A stretch of DNA of 27,268 nt, taken from NCBI GenBank assembly GCA_963676915.2, contig CAXXVK010000002.1:1-27268 (forward strand), read 5' to 3'. Shown here piece by piece: positions 20,193 through 27,268 of the stretch; position 1 is the stretch's first letter; each line of letters opens with the position of its first letter. This DNA comes from Myxococcota bacterium. Lineage in GTDB: Bacteria; Myxococcota_A; SURF-8; G963663525. A program made the translations under genes and the position numbers. A model generated the notes under the pieces. It was not told where the DNA came from. It saw nothing but the letters and a program-made list of their open reading frames with translations, and did not search any database.

Positions 20193-20247
20193 GGAACAAT
20201 GTTCCGTTTTTCTAGCACAATGTTCCCCATTTTCGGAACAATGTGCG
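20193..20247. repeat. Three phased palindromic motifs (GGAACA-A-TGTTCC consensus) at 21-bp period; probable regulator binding array
   Basis: The ACAATGT core starts at 20196, 20217 and 20238. Copies are GGAACAATGTTCC, AGCACAATGTTCC and GGAACAATGTGCG. Confidence 0.75.
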
Positions 20248-20274
20248 GGTTGTCACCGCGAAAACCGGCAGAAA

Positions 20275-20682
20275 TCAGAATTGTTTGAAGACTCGTGCTA
20301 AAGGATGTCCGGGAGCGTCCATTTTCAGATCGAGAAAGTACCCGTAGGGTGTTTGAAAAGCCTGATATCCCGCCGTTTCCAACCGGGCCTGAGCCCGAGC
20401 CAGCAACTCTCGACCGAAAGCCGGGTCGGCTTTGTCCTCGCCGAGATGGGTAAACGAATGCAGCACAATGCTTTTCGTCTCCCATTTTCCGGCAAGCCAC
20501 TTGCAGTTTTTTACCAGTTTGGTTTCGACTTTGGAAGCTCGTTCTTCGTCTTCCGGTTCCATGTGAATGAAGGCTGCCACCGTCTTTTCATGGCGTCCCG
20601 GATGCGCTTCGGGTACGTCTTCCAGGGTTTGGCGTGCTGGGGTCCAAGCCATTTCATCGCAATACCAGAACAATACTCGCAA
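20275..20682 (-). CDS. Free-standing archaeal-type threonyl-tRNA synthetase editing-domain protein (tRNA-Thr_ED / DTD-like fold)
   Basis: (M)RVLFWYCD..., FIHMEPEDE, IVLHSFTHLG, QTPYGYF, GHPLAR. TTG start at 20682 follows GGAGG. Confidence 0.82.
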   Translation of the reverse strand: MRVLFWYCDEMAWTPARQTLEDVPEAHPGRHEKTVAAFIHMEPEDEERASKVETKLVKNCKWLAGKWETKSIVLHSFTHLGEDKADPAFGRELLARAQARLETAGYQAFQTPYGYFLDLKMDAPGHPLARVFKQF

Positions 20683-20714
20683 AGGAACCTCCCTCAAAGA
20701 CATGAAATCGCACG

Positions 20715-20739
20715 AAAAAGCCCACCAGAAAAGGTGGGC
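20715..20739 (-). terminator. Rho-independent terminator after the zinc-ribbon gene
   Basis: GCCCACC-agaaaa-GGTGGGC stem (20720-20739) followed by U5 on the minus strand. Confidence 0.75.
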
Positions 20740-20774
20740 AACATATTAAAATCACTGCTTAAAAACAAGGTCCA

Positions 20775-21605
20775 TCACTCTTTTTTCGCCGTGGCTTTCT
20801 TCGTGGTTTTGACCTTTTTGGTTGTTTTTTTCACCGTGGCTTTTTTCGTGGTTTTGGCTTTTTTGGCTTTGGTTTTCTTCGGTTCTTCCGGAGGCGTTTC
20901 CGGCTCCTGGTAGACCAGAATACGGGAGCAGCCAGGGCACGAATGCAGCCGACGCATGGTCATCAGTTCGTTGAATTGCTGGGGAGGAAGCGCCATATTG
21001 CATTGCATACAATGGCCGTTCTGAACGACTGCCACCGCGATGCCTTCCTTGTTTTCGGAAATGTTTTCGTATTTCAGAAAAATATACTCGGGAATCTTTT
21101 CGGCCAGTTCGTCCCGTTTTTCGTAAAAATCATCCAACTGGGAATCGAAATCCCCAACGATCGCCTTCAGTTCGTCTTCTTTCGTCTTGATCTGTCCCAA
21201 AAGATCATCGATCACGCTCTGGATATCCGCTTGCTTCTTCTGGAGAACCTCCAGTTTGGCATCGATCTCCTTGACCTCTTCATCGAGTTCGTCAGAGCTT
21301 TTTTCCTGCGTTTCGATTTCTTTGACGTAGGCTTCGTATTGCTTGATGTTCTGAATGGCCGCCTCTTTGTGGCGGGTGTTTTTCAGTTTCAGCTTTTCCA
21401 ACTCCAAAGAGTTGAGCTTGTCTTTTTTATCGGCTTCCAGGCTGCTGGCCTGCGTCTCGAATTCCTCGATGATCTTCTTTTGATCTTCCAATTTTTCTTC
21501 GAGTATAGCGATTTCGTCCGGAATCTTGTCCCGTTCCATCTCCACGTCGATGATTTGGTTATCCAGTTCTTGAAGTTTCAACAGCAATTCAAGGTGTTCT
21601 TTCAC
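20775..21605 (-). CDS. Coiled-coil, C4 zinc-ribbon protein (DUF164 / CT398-CdsZ / HP0958-like) with Lys-rich tail
   Basis: LLKLQELD start, long heptad region, GIAVAVVQNGHCMQCNMALPPQ...CPGCSRIL. GTG start at 21605 follows GGAGG. Confidence 0.9.
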   Translation of the reverse strand: MKEHLELLLKLQELDNQIIDVEMERDKIPDEIAILEEKLEDQKKIIEEFETQASSLEADKKDKLNSLELEKLKLKNTRHKEAAIQNIKQYEAYVKEIETQEKSSDELDEEVKEIDAKLEVLQKKQADIQSVIDDLLGQIKTKEDELKAIVGDFDSQLDDFYEKRDELAEKIPEYIFLKYENISENKEGIAVAVVQNGHCMQCNMALPPQQFNELMTMRRLHSCPGCSRILVYQEPETPPEEPKKTKAKKAKTTKKATVKKTTKKVKTTKKATAKKE

Positions 21606-21912
21606 GTCATGCCTCCTTACGTTGCGGTATCGGGCGTTGATCCGTAGGACGAAACTTGTCTGCGAATGTGTTGGGATGGACATTTCCCCTCTCGGGGATA
21701 TCGTGGCGTGAGGTTTTATCAAATGACCTCGAAGCACACCACCGGCCAAAATCTAAGGATTCCCGTGAGTTAGAGAATATTTCCTGAGGTCTCGGCACAA
21801 AAAAATGCGCCTGGCAGTCCAAGCGCATTCTTACTAAACGATCGTCGTAACACCGAATTTTGCAAAGTTTTAATTTCATTCGGGCAATGAAGCAGTCTGA
21901 ATATCAAAAACG

Positions 21913-21989
21913 TGGTGGGCCCACCAGGACTCGAACCTGGGACCACCCGGTTATGAGCCGGAGGCTCTAACCAACTGAGCTATGGGCCC
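21913..21989 (-). tRNA. tRNA with CAT anticodon, most likely tRNA-Ile2 (lysidine-modified)
   Basis: GGGCCCATAGCTCAGTTGGTTAGAGCCTCCGGCTCATAACCGGGTGGTCCCAGGTTCGAGTCCTGGTGGGCCCACCA: cloverleaf with encoded CCA. Paired G1-C72 and no GGG/CCC anticodon stem, so not initiator. Ile2 versus elongator Met is inferred from sequence style. Confidence 0.93.
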
Positions 21990-22006
21990 GACCCACAGGG
22001 CAATAT

Positions 22007-22034
22007 AGTTTATACGGAAAAAGGGAAAAGGCAA
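22007..22034 (-). promoter_or_regulatory. Putative sigma70 promoter for the tRNA / zinc-ribbon unit
   Basis: Minus strand TTGCCT-16 nt-TAAACT, ending 17 nt before the tRNA 5' end. Confidence 0.4.
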
Positions 22035-22403
22035 TTTGTTTTTCGTTTTTCTTCAAACCTGTAAAAGCCCATGAAAACATAAACGATTTCCAGTAGCATC
22101 CAACGGCTTGCTGTTGAAAATCACACCTTAAAATCTCGAAACAAGCCCGGAGTCTCCATCGTCAGGCCGAATCAAGGGTTTCTCATTGCGACAATCTCAC
22201 TGCTTTTCACAACGCTTGAAAAACAGAAATTCCCCGCTTTTCAATTTTCGCACCCATCTTTCTTTCCAATCCAAACACCGCCATCATCGATCGTTTGGAT
22301 GTATAATCGATTTTTTAGCAAGTTTTCCCAAAACTGCTTGGTAATTCTTAAGGCTATTAGGTATACTTTCGGGAATATTATTTCCCATCTCGTTGTAGCA
22401 TCC

Positions 22404-23702
22404 ATGTCGAAATTTGAAGTTTACATCCCGGGTTTACCGAAAAAAAAGCGTCCCCCCCTTAAAATGCGCATCGATGCTTCCGATTGGGAGCAAACCGCCA
22501 TCATCGGAATTCAAACCACTCGTGGACACGGTTCGGTTAAAAAAGACACCCTGATCGGAAAGCCGCGTGAAAACGGGCTGTTTTTCGTAATGGACAGCAC
22601 CGACAAGCAGGTTTTGCTCATTCGCGATCTGTCCATAGATCCATCCGTCTGGACGGTTGTGGACTACAAACGAAAATTCCGAGAACTCCTCGGCTTCGAT
22701 CTTCCCGATCATTTAATCCGGGATGAAAAGGGCGTGAATTCCCTGGAATCGCTGGATCGTCCCATCGGCGAATCTTCGGACGGAGAGTGGACCTATGTAT
22801 CGTCCGGCGAGTTGGCGGGCGTTCTCGATGACGGCTCGATCGATCGAGCTTTGGATGTCATCGAGTCGGGTACGAAAACCACCGTCGCCACGGCGAGTTC
22901 CACCGAACTTCCCGTAATCGAAGAAGAACTTCCTCTTACGCCGCCACCGCTGGTTTCTGAAAAAAGCAAAAGCAGAGAAACAGGCGAATACCAGCCTTTG
23001 CTGGCCGAAAGCGAGAAAGCCAAATCCTCGGCCACCAGTTCATCTTCTTTGGAACTGGATGTGGTTCGTCAACTCGATCCCGTTCCCGTCTCGAATACGA
23101 TGTTCCGAGGCGAATGGGAAACCTCGTCGGGCGTCATCGAATCGAAAGTTACCGGCGGAACCTGGGACATCGACGACCTGTTGACGGAGATGTTCATGGA
23201 AACCGGGAACTTCCACGACATGAACCTTCAAGAGGTTTGCCGCTACACGTTGGAATTGGTCAATCGGGTCGGGCGTAGCGAAGCCGGAGCGATCATTCTG
23301 AATCAGGAAAAAAGCAACAGCATCATGCGGCATTTCGTTGTCGTTCGCGGACCGCAACGTCAACTTCTCGAAGGCTTCAAGCTACCCAGCCGAGACGGAC
23401 TGATCGACAAATGCATCCATAACAACCAGGAAGTTTTCAGCGCCGATGCAGCCATGGAAGATCCTGTGTACGCCAAAATCGATCGACGAACCGGCTACAT
23501 CACCATGTCGGTGTTTTACATGCCGATTCCTTATCAGGATCGTGTACTGGGAAGCATTGAAATCATCAACAAGATCGACGGGTACGAATGGTCCGACGAT
23601 CAACGAGCGGTTGTAAAATTCCTGGCCGGCAAGCTTGGAGAGAGATTGGGAGTCATAGAAGAATTCAAAGAAAGCATGGAATTTGTCGTTGACGACGACT
23701 GA
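22404..23702 (+). CDS. GAF-domain protein with unassigned N-terminal domain and low-complexity linker
   Basis: C-terminal GAF-like pattern (SEAGAIIL...GLIDKC...IDRRTGYITMSVFYMPI...VLGSIEIINK...WSDDQ). Start at ATG 22404 is tentative. Confidence 0.72.
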   Translation: MSKFEVYIPGLPKKKRPPLKMRIDASDWEQTAIIGIQTTRGHGSVKKDTLIGKPRENGLFFVMDSTDKQVLLIRDLSIDPSVWTVVDYKRKFRELLGFDLPDHLIRDEKGVNSLESLDRPIGESSDGEWTYVSSGELAGVLDDGSIDRALDVIESGTKTTVATASSTELPVIEEELPLTPPPLVSEKSKSRETGEYQPLLAESEKAKSSATSSSSLELDVVRQLDPVPVSNTMFRGEWETSSGVIESKVTGGTWDIDDLLTEMFMETGNFHDMNLQEVCRYTLELVNRVGRSEAGAIILNQEKSNSIMRHFVVVRGPQRQLLEGFKLPSRDGLIDKCIHNNQEVFSADAAMEDPVYAKIDRRTGYITMSVFYMPIPYQDRVLGSIEIINKIDGYEWSDDQRAVVKFLAGKLGERLGVIEEFKESMEFVVDDD

Positions 23703-23807
23703 CGACGCAGTTGGGCAGAAAGCCCGCAGATTGGCCTGCCGGACCAGGATGGTAGGTATTTCCCAGCGTGATGCCGGGTCATGAATCGGTGGCGAATGGT
23801 GGCCACG

Positions 23808-24605
23808 TCATTTACCCCATTGAAGGTTGCGTTTCTTGAACAGCGAAGGTTTTAACCCGCTATTCCCCTTGAAATCGTTTATTTTCAGCTCGGTCTTGTG
23901 ACCGGTCAGCATGTTTTTCATGACGATCAGGGTGTATCGACGATAACCGCCCTCCCACAACTTCAGATTGTGGCTCGTCATGTGCTTGGTTAGCTCGTCT
24001 TTCGCGTTGTAATATTCGATCCCTTTCAGGAAATAGCCGTCCTTTTCCACGGCGAGCACGATATGGTGCCAATCACGCTCTACACCCTTTTTGGGGTCGC
24101 AACGCACATACCAGGCAACATCGTCCTGACGAATGTACGTAAGGTCGCAAATCGGCCCGTACAGTGACGACGCCATATCATTGTTCGTGAAATCCGAGCC
24201 TGCAACGGTTTGGTTCATGTCCGAGTTAGAAATGCGGCGAACACGTTTGAAGGCAGGAATATAGACATACGCCTTGTTATCGCCATCCATCAAAATGCGC
24301 ATTCCTTTGTTTTCACCCGACAAAAACTTCACCAAGCGCTTGTCCATACCCATCTGCTGAATCAACAGGCGATAGCTTTTCGTTTCTCCCCTGTCGCCGA
24401 AGATGATCATTTCCACATCCATCTGCTGATCTTTGTATCCGCTGATTTCGTTGTCCATATGTCCGATCAACGTATCAACGTCCACTTTATCGTCAGGTTT
24501 AGCCGTTTCGGCTTCAGGCATCTGGGCATAAACCATTGAGTTCAAACCAAACGTGAGAACCATCAGCAACGTACCGAGGAGAATGAATCGCGGGGAGAAT
24601 TTCAT
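23808..24605 (-). CDS. Outer-membrane lipoprotein-sorting (LolA-like) protein
   Basis: Sec signal peptide; KRLVKFLSGENKGMRIL, YVYIPAFKRVRRIS, GSDFTNNDM, IEYYN...LTK, LF...NL motifs. Confidence 0.85.
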   Translation of the reverse strand: MKFSPRFILLGTLLMVLTFGLNSMVYAQMPEAETAKPDDKVDVDTLIGHMDNEISGYKDQQMDVEMIIFGDRGETKSYRLLIQQMGMDKRLVKFLSGENKGMRILMDGDNKAYVYIPAFKRVRRISNSDMNQTVAGSDFTNNDMASSLYGPICDLTYIRQDDVAWYVRCDPKKGVERDWHHIVLAVEKDGYFLKGIEYYNAKDELTKHMTSHNLKLWEGGYRRYTLIVMKNMLTGHKTELKINDFKGNSGLKPSLFKKRNLQWGK

Positions 24606-24659
24606 GCAATGAGTTCCTTCGCTTGAAACGCACTACCATCCACTACGGATACTGCGTCG

Positions 24660-25304
24660 TTAGTCTTCCTTCGCTTTTTTTCGAACCTGTTCAAAATTGT
24701 CACGCGCCTCGGGAAGAAAAGGTTCCGTAACCAGACCGAACATGTACAGATCGAGCAATACGGAGGTAATCTGTCCTTCTTCGGCGTTCAGATACCCACT
24801 GACCAGGTGATTTTCGATCAGTTCCTTGATAGCCCCGAGGAACGAATACGCCACGATATCCGGGTCCAGTGGCCGTAAAATACCCATACCCTGGGCTTGT
24901 TTCACCAAGCCACTCATCCATCGCACCAACTGCAACTGGATTTCGCCAAGACGTTCCCTGGAATCGGATTCCAAGGCGGTGGTTTCGTGAATGAAAATCC
25001 GGGCTAAATCCGGGTCTTCGGCAAAAACGGCTTTGACACGATCGAGGTTTTCTTTTACGCACTGCAAAATCGCGTCGGTATCGTCAAAAGTCGGTGCTAC
25101 CAGCTTGTCATCGATGGTCTGAATGATGTACTCCACCAGGGCTGAGAACACCTCGTGCTTGCTCTTGTAGTAGAGGTAGAAGGTTCCCCGGGCGATCCCG
25201 GCTTTTGCGATCACGTCCGCCACGCCTGCCCGGTGATAACCTTTTTCGGCAAACACGCTTTTTGCGGCGTCGAGGATGATCTTTTTTCTTTCATGCGGAT
25301 CCAT
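24660..25304 (-). CDS. TetR/AcrR-family transcriptional regulator
   Basis: ILDAAKSVFAEKGYHRAGVADVIAKAGIARGTFYLYYKSK HTH; ATG 25304 follows AGGAG. Confidence 0.95.
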   Translation of the reverse strand: MDPHERKKIILDAAKSVFAEKGYHRAGVADVIAKAGIARGTFYLYYKSKHEVFSALVEYIIQTIDDKLVAPTFDDTDAILQCVKENLDRVKAVFAEDPDLARIFIHETTALESDSRERLGEIQLQLVRWMSGLVKQAQGMGILRPLDPDIVAYSFLGAIKELIENHLVSGYLNAEEGQITSVLLDLYMFGLVTEPFLPEARDNFEQVRKKAKED

Positions 25305-25317
25305 GTTGTCTCCTGAC

Positions 25318-25364
25318 AACTAGAATGACATGTCAGTCATACCGACTGACATGTCATTCTAGTT
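25318..25364. promoter_or_regulatory. Perfect 21-bp-arm inverted repeat; probable double TetR operator
   Basis: AACTAGAATGACATGTCAGTC-atacc-GACTGACATGTCATTCTAGTT; each arm contains the palindrome TGACATGTCA. Confidence 0.85.
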
Positions 25365-25383
25365 TGCAAAGGGGGATTGTCAA
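25356..25383 (-). promoter_or_regulatory. sigma70 promoter of the tetR/LolA-like unit
   Basis: Minus strand TTGACA (25383-25378), 16 nt, TAGAAT (25361-25356); the -10 lies inside the inverted repeat. Confidence 0.75.
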
Positions 25384-25539
25384 GAAGTTTCCCATCGACC
25401 TTGTCGATTATGCGAAACTTCACTTCTTTCCATAGGTTAGAGGGTACAAACCTCTTCATTTTCCTGCCTGGACAGCAACGTACGCCAAGCAGATTTCACA
25501 CCTTGCAAGAAAATTATTTGTAACAAACTGTCTCAGTCG

Positions 25540-26157
25540 TCAATCGTCGAGGAAGAAACTAACGTCTCCTTTGCCTTCGCGCAAGACTTCCGGCACCTCG
25601 TCCGAAAGATCGACGATAGAGGATGGCTCAGGGAAAATCAACCCGGCGTCGATGGTGAGTTGAATGGCATGACCGAAAACTTTTTCGATCTCCTCCGGGT
25701 CCATCATTTCCTGATCGGTGTCGTTGTTTTTCACGGTGGACGTTATGATGGGGTGCCCCATGGCTTCTACCAGCGCAAGGGCGATGGGCGTATCCGGGAT
25801 ACGGATACCGATGGTTTTCTGTTTGGTGAGCATGATTCGCGGCACAAGCTTCGTGGCCGTCAGAACGAAGGTGTAGGGACCGGGCAAGCAGCGTTTGAGC
25901 AGCTTGTGCGTATTGTTCGTCATGTAGCCGTATTGAGACACCTGGCTCAAATCGCTGCAAATCAGCGACATCCGTTTATTTTTCGGCATTTGCCGAATTC
26001 GCAGCAGGGTTTCCACGGCTTTTCGACGGTTGGGGTCGCAACCGAAGGCATAGCTCGAATCGGTGGGATAGACGATGATACCACCGCGCTGCAAATGAGA
26101 CACCGCCTGGCCGATCTTTCGAGGTTCAGGATGCTGGTCGTTGATTTCAAGCAACAT
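25540..26157 (-). CDS. Sua5/YciO/YrdC-family protein (YciO-like; usually annotated L-threonylcarbamoyladenylate synthase)
   Basis: GGIIVYPTDSSYAFGC, LPGPYTFVL, KTIGIRIPD, PSSIVDL, LREGKG. Confidence 0.9.
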   Translation of the reverse strand: MLLEINDQHPEPRKIGQAVSHLQRGGIIVYPTDSSYAFGCDPNRRKAVETLLRIRQMPKNKRMSLICSDLSQVSQYGYMTNNTHKLLKRCLPGPYTFVLTATKLVPRIMLTKQKTIGIRIPDTPIALALVEAMGHPIITSTVKNNDTDQEMMDPEEIEKVFGHAIQLTIDAGLIFPEPSSIVDLSDEVPEVLREGKGDVSFFLDD

Positions 26158-26220
26158 TTCGGTTCCTCGTTCGCTTCGAAAAACTACGTACGTAACGGTT
26201 CTCCGCCCCCGCTCGTCGGA

Positions 26221-27268
26221 TTATTCGGCGGATTTCGCCTCGACCTTTTCCAACTTCCGCTTTTTGGCCGTCTCGATCAGGTGATAAAACAGTTCGGCCG
26301 GTTTCTCGAGCTTGCTGGTCAGTTCGGGATGGAACTGGCTGCCCATGAAAAACGGATGCTCCGGCAACTCGAGGATCTGCATGATCTTCTTGTCCGGGGC
26401 ATGGCCCGAAAAGACCATGCCGGCTTCGCGCAGACGTTCCACGTAGTCTGGATTGACTTCGTAGCGATGACGGAAACGCCGCCGGATGCTGGGACGGTTG
26501 TCGTAGATTTCCGCCGCTTTCGTTCCGGGTACCAACACCACATCGTGACCACCCAGACGCATCGTGCCGCCTTTGTAATGAATGTTCTGCTGCTCGGGCA
26601 GGATGCACACCACAGGTTCTTCGACAGCCGAGGTTTCGGCTTCGACTTCGACGGTATGCGCCTTCTCGATACCGCAGACGTTGCGGGCGTATTCGACCAC
26701 TGCAAGCTGCATTCCGTAACAGATACCCAAAAACGGAACATTGTTTTCGCGGCAGTATTGAATGACCTGGATTTTGCCTTCGATACCTCTCGTTCCGAAA
26801 CCACCCGGAACGATGATGGCGTCCACATCGCGAACCGCTTCTTGCAGATCGATCTTGCCACGCTCGATATTGGTGGTTTCGATCCACTCCACCTTGACAC
26901 TGGTGTTCAGGTGGGCTTCGCAATGCTTGATCGCCTCGAGAATCGAGGCGTAGGAATCCTGCAAATCCACGTATTTTCCACAAATCGCCAGTCGTAACGG
27001 CACACCGGCTTCCTTGTTGCGCAGATTCGCGACAAGACGCTTCCATTCGTCGAGTTGCGGAGGCGAATAGATGCCCAGAAGGTTGTGCAAAATACCGGTG
27101 ACGCCTTCCTCTTCGTAACTGATCGGGATTTCGTAAACGTTTTTCACGTCGATCCCGGTAATTACGGCTTCGGGCGAAATATTACAGAACAAGCCGATTT
27201 TGCGCTTCGTTTTATCGGTCAGTGTCTTTTCGCAGCGACCGATAATGACATCGGGATACAGGCCACGT
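26221..27268 (-). CDS. pyrG: CTP synthase, 5'-truncated by the window edge
   Basis: The frame stays open to the window end (RGLYPDVIIGRCE...KIGLFCN); GKYVDLQDSY, PGGFGTRG, GICYGMQ (catalytic Cys), GGTMRLG, RHRYEVN, QFHPE. Confidence 0.97.
   Translation of the reverse strand, partial: RGLYPDVIIGRCEKTLTDKTKRKIGLFCNISPEAVITGIDVKNVYEIPISYEEEGVTGILHNLLGIYSPPQLDEWKRLVANLRNKEAGVPLRLAICGKYVDLQDSYASILEAIKHCEAHLNTSVKVEWIETTNIERGKIDLQEAVRDVDAIIVPGGFGTRGIEGKIQVIQYCRENNVPFLGICYGMQLAVVEYARNVCGIEKAHTVEVEAETSAVEEPVVCILPEQQNIHYKGGTMRLGGHDVVLVPGTKAAEIYDNRPSIRRRFRHRYEVNPDYVERLREAGMVFSGHAPDKKIMQILELPEHPFFMGSQFHPELTSKLEKPAELFYHLIETAKKRKLEKVEAKSAE

Noticed and set aside
20193-20247. Possible mini-CRISPR or iteron array
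   Set aside because: Units are only 13 bp with 8-bp gaps, three copies, and no cas or rep gene is nearby.
20120-20500. 126-aa minus-strand ORF with NIV repeats
   Set aside because: Overlaps the editing-domain gene out of frame; the peptide repeats merely reflect the 21-bp DNA motif.
21913-21989. tRNA as an integration site for an island
   Set aside because: No integrase and no duplicated tRNA 3' end were seen; the neighbouring genes are housekeeping-type.
25660-26997. 445-aa plus-strand ORF
   Set aside because: Antisense to pyrG and the Sua5/YciO gene, both well supported.

Overview
Bacterial chromosomal window (about 55% GC by eye; gene content suggests a delta-proteobacterial/Myxococcota-like lineage, which is an inference). 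The centre is a ~15.5-kb minus-strand respiratory operon: a cbb3-type cytochrome c oxidase with maturation genes (fused ccoNO, ccoQ, monoheme ccoP, ccoG, ccoH, ccoI, ccoS) runs directly, through an ATGA stop/start overlap, into a six-gene Alternative Complex III (actA-F). The upstream intergenic region has three phased palindromes at exact 21-bp spacing and an FNR/CRP-like box. Flanking genes are a TIGR01777-family epimerase broken by four +1 homopolymer frameshifts, uvrB, tpiA, a free-standing archaeal-type ThrRS editing domain, a C4 zinc-ribbon coiled-coil protein with a histone-H1-like tail, tRNA-Ile2(CAU), a GAF protein, a TetR regulator with a perfect 21-bp-arm operator plus a LolA-like gene, a Sua5/YciO protein and partial pyrG. 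No mobile elements or CRISPR arrays were seen. All family assignments are from motif recognition, not database searches.
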